Both the position numbers and the translations under genes were made by a program. Source: an uncultured Gammaproteobacteria bacterium (GTDB taxonomy: Bacteria > Pseudomonadota > Gammaproteobacteria > Xanthomonadales > SZUA-38). Taken from it: a stretch of DNA of 64,000 bases. The first letter of the stretch is position 1. The number at the start of each line of letters is the position of its first letter. The DNA is taken from positions 24,081 to 88,080 of the forward strand of contig CAZLJY010000001.1 in the NCBI GenBank assembly GCA_964559945.1. The letters run 5' to 3'. Below, one piece after another: positions 35,529 to 44,600 of this stretch. The notes beneath the pieces were generated by a model, which worked only from the letters and a program-made list of their open reading frames with translations, did no database searches and had not been told where the DNA came from.

Positions 35529-36323
35529 CAAAAAGCCGTGAATGACAGAGCGGTGACTATCCGATTGACCTGTCTGGCCTTTGGTATTTCTGAGACGTGC
35601 TATCGCTATCAGGCAAAGCTCAGCGATGACAATGCACTGATTGCCGATTGGTTGTTGCGAATCACGACGGCAAACCGCCGTTGGGGATTTGGCTTGTGTT
35701 TTTGCTTCCTGAGAAACGTGAAAGGTTTTGGTTTTAATCACAAGCGCGTCTATCGCATTTATCGTGAGCTGGAACTGAACCTTCGGATCAAGCCGCGTCG
35801 CCGGATCAAACGGAATAAACCTGATTCATTGGACGTTCCTCGTCAGATCAACCAGACCTGGTCCATCGATTTTATGCACGATCGTTTGGCTGATGGTCGA
35901 GCATTTAGAACGTTCAACGTGCTGGACGACTACAACCGAGAAGGCCTGGGCATTGAAGTTGATCTGAGTCTGCCAGGAGCACGCATCACAATGGCGCTGG
36001 ATCAGATCATCGAATGGCGAGGAGAACCTAGAGTCATCCGATCAGACAATGGCAGTGAAATGCTCAGCGCTGAATACCAGACGTGGGCCGAAAACCGAGG
36101 CATCAAACTACTGTTCATCCAGCCCGGAAAGCCCACTCAAAATGCTTATGTGGAGCGATATAGCCGAACGGTTCGACACGAATGGTTGGATGAGCATCTG
36201 TTCGAATCCATCGATCATGCGCAGCAAACGGCGACGCAGTGGTTGTGGCGTTGCAATAACGAACGGCCCAATACGGCCATTGGAGGAATAACTCCGATCC
36301 AAAAGCTTGCGTTAGCAGCTTAA
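35496..36323 (+). CDS. IS3-family transposase OrfB (DDE/RNase-H-like catalytic domain), expressed as an OrfAB fusion by -1 frameshift
   Basis: The catalytic region contains [14 protein letters not shown] and [14 protein letters not shown]. The -1 frame relative to orfA is continuous from the slippery site. Confidence 0.9.
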   Translation: MVTPSRRKEMAQKAVNDRAVTIRLTCLAFGISETCYRYQAKLSDDNALIADWLLRITTANRRWGFGLCFCFLRNVKGFGFNHKRVYRIYRELELNLRIKPRRRIKRNKPDSLDVPRQINQTWSIDFMHDRLADGRAFRTFNVLDDYNREGLGIEVDLSLPGARITMALDQIIEWRGEPRVIRSDNGSEMLSAEYQTWAENRGIKLLFIQPGKPTQNAYVERYSRTVRHEWLDEHLFESIDHAQQTATQWLWRCNNERPNTAIGGITPIQKLALAA

Positions 36324-36362
36324 TAGCTACTTCCAGCAGCGGTTAAAAATGGGGGGATTACA

Positions 36363-36853
36363 GACCCTCATGTGCAAATGAGTCTCAGACTTCAACAGGC
36401 GTTTGGGCTCAGGCGCGAAGAAGCCATCAAGTTTATTCCGACCCTGGCGGACAAGGGCACAGAGGTCTATCTGAAGCCCACTTGGACCAAAGGTAGCAAA
36501 GAGCGATTAATCCCTATTCGTACGACCCAGCAAAAAGAACTGCTGAGTGAAGCCAAGCGTCTGGCCGGAAAAGGCTCGTTGATTCCGTCCCACCGTAAAT
36601 ACATCCACCAACTTCGAATCTATGAGCGGCGACCGCAAACGCTGGCCTGTCCAAGATGCATGGGCTGAGGCATGCCTATGCGCAGAAACGCTACTTCGAA
36701 CTCACTGGTTGGGAGTGCCCTGCAAATGGTGGACCCAAGAAGTCCCAAATGGCTGAAAACCTTCGTTACATAGATACGCTAGCGCGGCAAGAGATCAGTC
36801 AGGAGTTGGGCCATACGCGACTACCGATTACCGACGTCTATCTGGGCTCTTGA
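36363..36853 (+). pseudogene. tyrosine recombinase (Integrase_1-like) remnant, 5'-truncated by the IS and frameshifted
   Basis: The frame is open from the IS junction (DPHVQMSLRLQQAFGLRREEAIKF...). A 1-nt frame break near 36625-36632 separates ...IHQLRIYE from ...NAGLSKMHGLRHAYAQKRY. The C-terminus LGHTRLPITDVYLG carries the catalytic Tyr context. Confidence 0.7.
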
Positions 36854-37236
36854 TGATTATCGCAGCGGCCGGGCAAGGCGAACCAGACAGTAAAGCTGAG
36901 CGACTTGAAACCATTGGCGTCCAGCAGGTCGCTGAACTCTTGCGGTGCTGTCCAGAAACTGTCAAACGCGCAGCGCGAAAAGGTGACCTCCCCGGTCGCC
37001 GAGTTGGCCGCTCGTGGGTCTTTGTTCGCGCAGACGTCATCAACTTCGTGCGGGGGTATACTAATCCCGAGCGGTCGCCGCACCTACCCAATAGGAGACT
37101 GCATTCATGCAAATCTACCAACGTGGAAAAAGCGGCATCTGGTGGGTTCGGTTCACAACGCCGAACCACCAAAGAGTACGCGTCAGCTCTGGGACTGCCG
37201 ACAAAAAAGCGGCCCAAGAATTCGCCGACAGACTAA
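36850..37236 (+). CDS. excisionase-family helix-turn-helix protein (HTH_17-like); ends uncertain
   Basis: The segment IGVQQVAELLRCCPETVKRAARKGDLPGRRVGRSWVFVRADVINFV matches the excisionase/MerR-like HTH pattern. As read, the ORF overlaps the integrase gene by 130 nt. Confidence 0.55.
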   Translation: MMIIAAAGQGEPDSKAERLETIGVQQVAELLRCCPETVKRAARKGDLPGRRVGRSWVFVRADVINFVRGYTNPERSPHLPNRRLHSCKSTNVEKAASGGFGSQRRTTKEYASALGLPTKKRPKNSPTD

Positions 37237-38213
37237 AAGCGGATTCATGGCGTGTTAGCAAGCTCGGGGAAAGTCCCCGAAGATCATGGCAGGAAGCTGT
37301 GGTGCGGTTTTTAAAGGAAACCTCCGACAAACGGACTCACTACCAGGACATCGCAAAGTTGAAATGGCTTGATCCTCATTTGGGACACCTGCAGCTCGAT
37401 GAAATAAGACCGGACGTCATTCGTTCGGTGCGAGAGCTTATTTTGTCTGGCAAAGGACCCAAGGGCGGCTCAAGTCACGCAAACGCTAATCGATATCTCG
37501 CGGTAATCCGAGCGATTCTTCGAAAATCGGCAACCGAGTGGGAGTGGTTGGAGCGCGTACCAGCGATCAAGCTGTCCTATGAGCGTGGTGGTAACCGCCA
37601 AGATTTCCGTTGGCTTACTCGACATCAGGCGAATAGTCTGCTCGATCGGTTACGCGAGCATCCGCACATTGCCGATATGATGAGGTTTACACTCTCTACA
37701 GGCTTGCGAGAACGTAATGTCACTCAGCTTGAATGGTCCCGTGTGGATTTGAGTCGTCGAGTCGCTTGGGTTGCCGCCAGTGAGTCCAAGTCAAAACGCG
37801 CGATGTCTGTACCTTTGAATGACGATGCGTTGACGGTACTGCGGCAATGGCGTTTCAAACACACGGAGCGTGTTTTTTGCTGGAAGGGTCGTCCTGTGAA
37901 AAGGGCCAATACGAAAGCATGGCGAGATGCACTGGAGTCCGAGGGTCCAAAACCTCGTGCCGGAAAGCATCCCGAGAACTTCCGTTGGCACGATCTGCGT
38001 CATACCTGGGCGACCTGGCATGTGATGTCCGGAACCCCTCTGGAGGTGCTACAAAAGCTTGGCGGTTGGGCCAGTTTTGACATGGTTTTGAGGTACGCAC
38101 ATCTTGCCCCAAGCCATGTAGCAGCCTATGCAGCTTACGTATCTGGCACAAATCTGGCTCAAATGGAAAACGGAACAAACGTCACGCGTATTGAGGCTGC
38201 GCCAACACGCTGA
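37107..38213 (+). CDS. int: site-specific tyrosine integrase (phage/P4-like)
   Basis: A strong SD (AGGAGA) lies 9 nt upstream of the ATG. The N-terminus MQIYQRGKSGIWWVRF is typical. Catalytic blocks are present (LSTGLRERNVTQLEW, HDLRHTWATWHVMSG, LGGWASFDMVLRYAHL). The gene ends 15 nt from the tRNA 3' end. Confidence 0.9.
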   Translation: MQIYQRGKSGIWWVRFTTPNHQRVRVSSGTADKKAAQEFADRLKADSWRVSKLGESPRRSWQEAVVRFLKETSDKRTHYQDIAKLKWLDPHLGHLQLDEIRPDVIRSVRELILSGKGPKGGSSHANANRYLAVIRAILRKSATEWEWLERVPAIKLSYERGGNRQDFRWLTRHQANSLLDRLREHPHIADMMRFTLSTGLRERNVTQLEWSRVDLSRRVAWVAASESKSKRAMSVPLNDDALTVLRQWRFKHTERVFCWKGRPVKRANTKAWRDALESEGPKPRAGKHPENFRWHDLRHTWATWHVMSGTPLEVLQKLGGWASFDMVLRYAHLAPSHVAAYAAYVSGTNLAQMENGTNVTRIEAAPTR

Positions 38214-38228
38214 AATATCGAGGAAAAA

Positions 38229-38304
38229 TGGTGGGCCGTGTAGGATTCGAACCTACGACCAATGGATTAAAAGTCCACTGCTCTACCAACTGAGCTAACG
38301 GCCC
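38229..38304 (-). tRNA. tRNA-Lys: tRNA-Lys (anticodon UUU)
   Basis: The reverse complement is GGGCCGTTAGCTCAGTTGGTAGAGCAGTGGACTTTTAATCCATTGGTCGTAGGTTCGAATCCTACACGGCCCACCA. It has a 7-bp acceptor stem, a GCTC/GAGC D stem, the anticodon loop CTTTTAA, a GTAGG/CCTAC T stem and an encoded CCA. Confidence 0.95.
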
Positions 38305-38425
38305 CCCTAGGAAGGTCGCAAAGGATAATGTAATCCTCGCTGGCTGTACAGACCATAGGTCAACGGATTTTGTCCTGCCGCGTTGTCATCTCTGAGAGGT
38401 AAACCACACATCAGGGAGACATCCT

Positions 38426-39904
38426 ATGGCTATTCGTCGAATTTTACTGGCGTTAATCTTTATTTCCGCGGGCGGGCAGCTCTGTGCTCAACCGTTTACC
38501 GGCAACATTCCATTACCGACTTTGGGCCCCGATAGCTACCAGGGATTTCAAGGCGGGTTGTATCCAGGCGGCAGTAATCAGGTGCCGGTGAGTCATGGCG
38601 AGGCGGCCAGGATTCAGGCTGCAGCCATCACCCCGCTAGATGCTTTGGGCAATGCAGATGGGCAGGGGAAAACCGGCTTCATTACCATTGGTATGTCCAA
38701 TACCACTCAGGAATTTAAAGTCTTTGAGCGCTTCGCTGATCTCACCGTTAGCCGCCGCTCTCGGGTTGTGCTGGTCAATACGGCACAGTCTGGGCAGACG
38801 GCAGACGTTATCGCCGACCCAGACGCGCTGTACTGGCGAGTTGTGCAGGACAAACTCGCTGCCGCCGGACTTAGCAATCAGCAGGTGCAGGTGGCCTGGG
38901 TAAAGCTGGCCCAGCGCGACCCTGTCACGACGTTCCCGGAACATGCTCGCGCCCTGCAAGGGCAGATTAGCGCGGCACTCAATAATGCTCGTGATCTTTT
39001 TCCGAATCTGCGCATCGCCTTTTTGTCCAGTCGCGTCTATGGCGGTTATTCCGACGACCCGCAACGGGGTGAGCCGTTGAGCTATGAAACCGGGTTTTCC
39101 GTTAAGTGGTTGATTGAAGAGCAAATCAATGGCGCACCGCAGTTAAACTTTGATCCGGCAGTGGGCCCGGTAGAGGCGCCCTTATTGCTATGGGGTCCCT
39201 ATCTTTGGGCCGACGGCATCAATGAAAGCCAGTCGGGTCTGCGTTGGTTGGCAATCGATTTTGAAGCAGACGGTGTCCATCCCAGTCTGCATGGAGAGTT
39301 AAAAGTAGGGCGTCGTCTTACACGCTTTTTCGACAATCTCACCGATTTTGTTCGCCCCTGGTGGCAAGGCTTGGCAGCCCGCGGCCTGCATCCAATGATT
39401 GTTGAGGATGACGCCACTGTAGATGCGCTCCAACCCGGCGGAAACTTCGGCGGTTTACCAGCACTTAGCACCGGCAATGATACCCGTTCCATCTATCTGC
39501 GCTTCGACACTAGCCGGATACCGGTGAGCGACGTGCTACATGCCAAGTTAAGCCTTAGAAGCTTAGCCAATTCCGCCGCTACCATCAGCGTAGATCTGGC
39601 GGACGACAGCAACTGGGACGAACACAGCATCACAGCAAACAATGCCCCGCTGGCATCGGGCAATGCCCTGTCTGAGGGGGTGTTGTGGTCGAGGGACTCG
39701 TCCCCCAGCTTTGATTTAACCGACGCCCTGCGGCGCGATGATGATGGCATCATTACGGTGGTGATTACCCGCCAGGAAGGGTCCTTTCAGGAACTGGCGG
39801 CCAAGGAAAACTGGCACGGGGGCAGGCCAGCACTGTTTGTGTCCTACAAAGGGCAACACCGGCCCGACGTCATTCACCGCGGCGAATTTGAACTTCGTTA
39901 TTAA
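38426..39904 (+). CDS. secreted hypothetical protein: SGNH/esterase-like N-terminal region plus a DNRLRE-like C-terminal domain
   Basis: A signal peptide is present (ILLALIFISAGGQLCAQP). The N-terminal half contains GFITIGMSNT and VHPS-type blocks. The C-terminal block IYLRFDTSRIPVSDVLHAKLSLRS...SNWDEHSITANNAP resembles the DNRLRE-domain pattern. The assignment was made by eye only. Confidence 0.4.
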   Translation: MAIRRILLALIFISAGGQLCAQPFTGNIPLPTLGPDSYQGFQGGLYPGGSNQVPVSHGEAARIQAAAITPLDALGNADGQGKTGFITIGMSNTTQEFKVFERFADLTVSRRSRVVLVNTAQSGQTADVIADPDALYWRVVQDKLAAAGLSNQQVQVAWVKLAQRDPVTTFPEHARALQGQISAALNNARDLFPNLRIAFLSSRVYGGYSDDPQRGEPLSYETGFSVKWLIEEQINGAPQLNFDPAVGPVEAPLLLWGPYLWADGINESQSGLRWLAIDFEADGVHPSLHGELKVGRRLTRFFDNLTDFVRPWWQGLAARGLHPMIVEDDATVDALQPGGNFGGLPALSTGNDTRSIYLRFDTSRIPVSDVLHAKLSLRSLANSAATISVDLADDSNWDEHSITANNAPLASGNALSEGVLWSRDSSPSFDLTDALRRDDDGIITVVITRQEGSFQELAAKENWHGGRPALFVSYKGQHRPDVIHRGEFELRY

Positions 39905-39995
39905 ATCGTTGGTTGCGGTGCTGATAGTGGGCTTGCTGTCAGCACCGTAGCTGTTCTGAATTGACGATTGCGCACTTAAGCCTGCCCGCAAGCAG

Positions 39996-40988
39996 TCACA
40001 TTTTTTCTCTGAGCGCGGTTTTTTGTTGCTCGCTGAGAAACGCGCTTTGAAGTCCATTTCTTTGCGCCTGGTGGATCTGTTCCAGGCTAAGGCCAGCCGC
40101 CGGCGCCGCGGTCTCGTATTCGTGGGGCAGGTCGATGCCGCTGATGGACGGGTCGTCAGTATTTAGCGTCACGTTGAGTCCCGCTGCCATCATCTTGCCC
40201 ACCGGGTGGGAGGGGTAATCGGCCACTGCGCTAATGTGAAGGTTAGAGGTAATACACACCTCCAGTGGCACTTGGTGTTCGACCAAATGCTCCACCAGTT
40301 GTTGATCTTCCAGGCACCGAAAGCCATGTCCGATTCGGGATGCCCCCAGATCGTTTAACGCCGACCAAACGCTTTGCGGGCCATCGGCTTCTCCGGCATG
40401 AACGGTCACCTCAAGGCCGGCGTCCCTGGCCCGGCGGAAATGCTTTTTGAATAAGGCGGCGGGAAACCCGGCTTCGTCACCGGCCAGGTCGATGGCCACT
40501 AGGGCCTGTTTTGCGCTCAGCAAGGCTTCCAGTTCCTGTTCACAAATATCCGGCCCATAGGTCCGGCTCAGGATGCCAATGAGGTTACAGTGGATTCCGG
40601 TTTCTTCGCGGCCTTGCTGGACGCCTTCCGCGACCGCGGATACCACGCTGGCCGGATCCAGCTTGTGGGTTTCGGCCATGAACCATGGGCTAAATCGCAG
40701 TTCAGCGTAATCTATGCCGTGAACGCCAAGATCGAGCACGTTCTCATAGCCAATGCGCCGGCAGGCGTCCAGGTCCACCAGAATCTTGGTCAGGTATTCG
40801 AACCGCTCCAAAAAGGCCAGTAAACCCGGTGCGCTGTGATCAATCTGGACCCACGGTCTGAGTGTCTCTGGCGTTGATGCGGGCAGACTGACGCCATGCT
40901 TTTTTGCCAGGTCCAGTAGGGTGGTTAGGCGCACATTGCCATCTAAGTGGCGGTGCAGGTCGGTCAGGGGCAGGTTTGGGTTAATCAT
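39996..40988 (-). CDS. add: adenosine deaminase
   Basis: The N-terminus MINPNLPLTDLHRHLDGNVR aligns with Add N-termini. The blocks GIDLAGDE, VHAGE and NTDDP are present. The ATG at 40988 gives 330 aa; the longest ORF starts with the GTG at 41009. Confidence 0.9.
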   Translation of the reverse strand: MINPNLPLTDLHRHLDGNVRLTTLLDLAKKHGVSLPASTPETLRPWVQIDHSAPGLLAFLERFEYLTKILVDLDACRRIGYENVLDLGVHGIDYAELRFSPWFMAETHKLDPASVVSAVAEGVQQGREETGIHCNLIGILSRTYGPDICEQELEALLSAKQALVAIDLAGDEAGFPAALFKKHFRRARDAGLEVTVHAGEADGPQSVWSALNDLGASRIGHGFRCLEDQQLVEHLVEHQVPLEVCITSNLHISAVADYPSHPVGKMMAAGLNVTLNTDDPSISGIDLPHEYETAAPAAGLSLEQIHQAQRNGLQSAFLSEQQKTALREKM

Positions 40989-41036
40989 TGGCGCGGATTG
41001 TCGATCCACCCCTTGGTGTGTGTCAATCGTTCCGGG

Positions 41037-41062
41037 AAAACGACCCGCGGCGGCGGGTCGTT
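41037..41062 (-). terminator. rho-independent terminator of dps
   Basis: A 10-bp GC-rich stem (aacgacccgc at 41039-41048 pairing with gcgggtcgtt at 41053-41062) encloses a 4-nt loop. On the minus strand it is followed by TTTT and starts 8 nt after the dps stop. Confidence 0.6.
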
Positions 41063-41069
41063 GCTGGGA

Positions 41070-41537
41070 TCAGGCCAACAGGCTGCGCAGCATCCAGGCG
41101 TTTTTCTCATGGATGTGCATGCGTTGGGTTAACAGGTCAGCGGTGGGTTCATCACCGGTGCCATCAACGATCTGGAAAACGCTGCGAGCGGTGCGTACGA
41201 CGGTTTCCTGTCCATCGGTCAGTTGACGGATCATGTCTTCCGCACTGGGAACCCCGGTTTCTTCATCTATCGAGGACAGGGCCGCGAACTGTTGGTAGGA
41301 GCCCGGTGCCGCAACACCCAAGGCGCGAATGCGCTCGGCGATTTCATCCACCGCGACGGCAAGCTCGGTGTAATGGGTTTCAAACATTGTATGTAAGGTG
41401 GCAAACATCGGGCCGGTAACATTCCAATGGAAGTTATGGGTCTTCAGATATAATGTGTAGCTGTCGGCCAGCAGTCGAGAAAGACCTTCGGCAATCTGTT
41501 TGCGGTCGCCTTCGTTAATACCGGTGTTGATGTTCAT
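41070..41537 (-). CDS. dps: Dps (DNA starvation/stationary-phase protection, ferritin-like)
   Basis: The blocks [32 protein letters not shown] and [11 protein letters not shown] are present, and the protein is 155 aa. Confidence 0.95.
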   Translation of the reverse strand: MNINTGINEGDRKQIAEGLSRLLADSYTLYLKTHNFHWNVTGPMFATLHTMFETHYTELAVAVDEIAERIRALGVAAPGSYQQFAALSSIDEETGVPSAEDMIRQLTDGQETVVRTARSVFQIVDGTGDEPTADLLTQRMHIHEKNAWMLRSLLA

Positions 41538-41593
41538 GGTGCGTTCTCCCTAAGTGATGGGATCAGTCTACGCAGTGACAATCAATTGTTCAA

Positions 41594-41617
41594 ATTAATT
41601 AAAAACATTTAATTAAT
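41594..41617. promoter_or_regulatory. AT-rich 10-bp inverted repeat (ATTAATTAAA-N4-TTTAATTAAT) in the dps/hrpA divergent region
   Basis: The arms are perfect. The repeat lies 57-80 nt upstream of the dps ATG and 16-39 nt upstream of the hrpA GTG. Confidence 0.4.
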
Positions 41618-41632
41618 AGAAGTTTCCTATCA

Positions 41633-44600
41633 GTGACTGACCCAGCAAGCCGCCAGCTGAATATCAGCTTCGACCCGGATCTGCCGATTAGTGCGCACAT
41701 TAAGGAGATCTGTGCCCACTTGAAAAATCACCAGGTGTTGGTGGTAGCCGGAGAAACCGGCTCAGGCAAAACCACTCAGCTACCCAAAGCCTGCCTGCTG
41801 GCAGGTCGCGGCAAATCAGGCTGGATCGGTTGCACCCAGCCGCGGCGCATCGCGGCGCGCAGTATTGCCAGCCGGCTAGCAGAAGAATTGGCCGTTCCAG
41901 TGGGTGACGCCGTCGGCTATCAAGTGCGGTTTGATCAGCGGGTCAGTAAAGACAGCCTCATTAAGGTCATGACCGACGGTATCTTGCTCAGCGAGACCGA
42001 GCGCGATCGCCACCTTAAGGCCTACGATACGCTGATTATTGATGAGGCCCATGAGCGTTCGCTAAATATCGATTTCCTTCTGGGGTATTTGAAACGCTTG
42101 TTACCCAAGCGCCCAGATCTGCGAATAATCATTACCTCAGCCACCATTGATACCGCGAGGTTTTCCGCCCACTTTGATGATGCCCCAGTGATCGAGGTAT
42201 CCGGGCGAACCTATCCCGTTGAGATGCGTTATCAGCCGTTGATGGACGATAGCGGAGATACCCAAGATCTTGCTAGCGGTATTGTGGATGCGGTGACCGA
42301 ACTTAGCCGCGTTGACCATCGGGGCGACGTGTTGGTGTTCCTATCCGGCGAACGGGATATTCGCGAAGCGGCCGATGCGCTGGCAAAGGCGCAGCTGAAG
42401 GGCACAGAAATTCTTCCGCTGTACGCCCGGCTTTCCCGGGCTGAACAACAACGTATTTTCAAACCCGGTCCTGCTCGACGGATCGTGCTCAGCACCAATG
42501 TGGCAGAAACCTCGTTGACGGTGCCGCGGATTAAGTTTGTGGTGGATACGGGTCTGGCCCGAATTTCCCGCTACAGCCAGCGCAGCAAGGTGCAGCGACT
42601 GCCCATAGAACCCATCTCCCAGGCCAGCGCGAATCAGCGCGCCGGGCGTTGTGGCCGCTTAGGGCCTGGGGTCTGTATTCGGCTGTATTCCCAAGACGAT
42701 TTTGATTCCCGTGATCGCTACACCCAGCCCGAGATACTGCGAACCAACCTTGCTGCGGTGATTTTGCAGATGGAGATGCTAAGGCTTGGCAAGGTAGATC
42801 AGTATCCATTCCTGGATCCGCCATCATCAGCCTTTATTCGCGACGGCTACCATTTGCTGAAAGAACTTAACGCGATCAACGATCGTGACCAGCTCACAGC
42901 CCTGGGGCGCAAGATGGGACGCTGGCCATTAGACGTGCGCCTCGCAGCGCTGGTGCTGGCAGGTAAGAAATTTGGCTGTTTCGACCAGGCCATCGTGTTG
43001 GCGGCGTTTTTGTCCCTACCCGATCCTCGGGAGCGGCCTCTTGATGCGCAGCAGGCCGCGGACCAACAGCAGCAGCGCTGGCAGGATCCAGAATCGGATT
43101 TCGCCGGTGTGCTGCGGTTATGGAACGAGTGGCTTGAGGTGCGGGCCGGTAACACTCAACGCAAACAGCGCAGTTGGGCCAAACAGCATTTTCTCAGTTA
43201 CCTGCGCCTGCGTGAGTGGCATGACCTAACCCGTCAGCTGGCGGAAGTAGGTAAGGCGAAGCCGCCAGGTTCCTGTGAATGGGTTGGTGAGGCAGAGGAA
43301 GCCCAGTCCAAGCCAAAATCTGGATCAAAATCTTCCGCCAAAACATCGCCGGGTGAGCCCATTCACCGAGCAATAGTGAGTGCATTCCTGGGTCATGTGG
43401 GGGTGAAAGATGAGAAGGGCTACCAGGGGGCGCGAGATCGGCGCTATGACATCTTTCCCGGTTCCGGTTTATTTAAGCGTGGGCCGCGCTGGATGGTCAG
43501 TGCGTTCCTGGTTGAGACCACCCGGCTTTATGCTCGCCTCAACGGCGCGGTTGATCCGGCCTGGATAGAGCAGGCGGGCGCGCATCTGGTGAAACGGCGG
43601 TATTTTGATCCCTATTGGTCAGCCCGTCAGGGGCGCGTGTTGGGGTTCGAGCAGGTGACTCTTTATGGGCTGATTTTAGTGGGCAAACGCCGGGTGCATT
43701 TTGGACCCCATGATGAAGCACAGGCGCATCAGATATTCCTGCTGGAGGCATTGGCCCGCGGGGCGCTGAAAACCCGCGCAAGTTTTGCCCAGCACAACCA
43801 TCGCCTACTGGAACGCATCGACACCATCGAGCAACGCATGCGTCGGCGCGATCTACGAGTCTCCGATGAAGTCCTGGCCGGAGAGTTTGGCGCCCGGGTA
43901 CCGAGTAGTGTTTACACAACAAAAGCGTTTGAGGTGTGGCGTAAGGGGGCGGAAGAAAGCGACCCCGATCTGCTGAAATTGAACGAGTCGGATGTACTGA
44001 CTTGTGAGACGGCCCCTGACATCAGCCAATGGCCAAACCAGCTCACACTCGGAGGTGCTCAATTTGAGCTGCAATACCATTTCGAACCTGGCGCGGTGAA
44101 TGATGGGGTGACCTTGCTATTGCCTTTGGCGCTGGTCAATCTACCCGACCCCAGAGCGTTGCAGTGGCTGGTGCCCGGTTATTTATTGGAAAAGGTGGTG
44201 GCGCTGATTAAGAGCCTGCCCAAGGTGCACCGCCGCCATGTGGTGCCTGCGCCGGATTTTGCCCGTCAGTTTGTGGCTCGTGTTGATCCGTCGTCGAAAC
44301 AGAGGTCATTAACCGACGCCTTAGCTAAGTTCTTAACCCAGGCCACCGGTCATCGGCTTTCTGCTGATCAATTCGATCAAGCCGCCGTTGAGGACTGGTT
44401 GACCATGAACGTGCGCTTGATGGATGAAGACCGGGTGGTGGAGGAGGGGCGAGACCTTCAGGGGATTAAGGATCGCTGGGAGACCCGAGGTCGAGAGAGG
44501 TTCCTGCGCCTAAGCGATCGCCAGTTACGCCATGACGGCGCCCAGAGCTGGGATTTTGGTGAGCTGCCAATGACCACTGAATTGCCCGGCAATATCACCG

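Larger units (their letters stand above)
35170..36362 (+). mobile_element. IS3-family insertion sequence (IS407-group-like), 1193 bp
   Basis: Imperfect terminal IRs start with TG...CA (IRL tgtaatccctccggaaattaatcg; the reverse complement of IRR is tgtaatccccccatttttaaccg). It has an orfA/orfB arrangement with an A AAA AAG slippery site. No matching target-site duplication is present (left flank ..cagag, right flank gaccc..). Confidence 0.85.
32494..38228. mobile_element. degraded mosaic genomic island integrated at the 3' end of tRNA-Lys(UUU)
   Basis: An intact tyrosine integrase and an excisionase-like gene abut the tRNA 3' end. The island also holds an IS3-family IS, a second broken integrase, a tRNA-like relic, an AbiE TA pair and a methyltransferase remnant. 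The 32.8-35.2 kb stretch is visibly AT-richer than its flanks. The left boundary is approximate and rests on a degenerate att-like sequence at 32494-32547. Confidence 0.65.

Noticed and set aside
36838-37258. Additional overlapping ORFs (36828-37217 minus, 36838-37083 minus, 36905-37258 plus) around the excisionase-like gene
   Set aside because: Only the 36850 frame contains a recognisable HTH core. The others are alternative-frame or antisense readings of the same DNA and of the integrase 5' end.
38329-38336. TGTAATCC next to the tRNA matches the first 8 nt of the IS3-family IRL (possible solo IS end)
   Set aside because: An 8-mer match is expected by chance in 64 kb, and no further IR similarity follows.
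39916-39947. 9-bp-stem hairpin between the convergent 38426 gene and add, considered as a bidirectional terminator
   Set aside because: The loop is 14 nt and there is no U tract on either strand, which is too weak to annotate as a terminator.
40989-41069. Adenine/purine riboswitch upstream of add, as known for the Vibrio add gene
   Set aside because: Only about 48 nt remain between the dps terminator and the add start, and none of the conserved purine-aptamer junction sequence is present.
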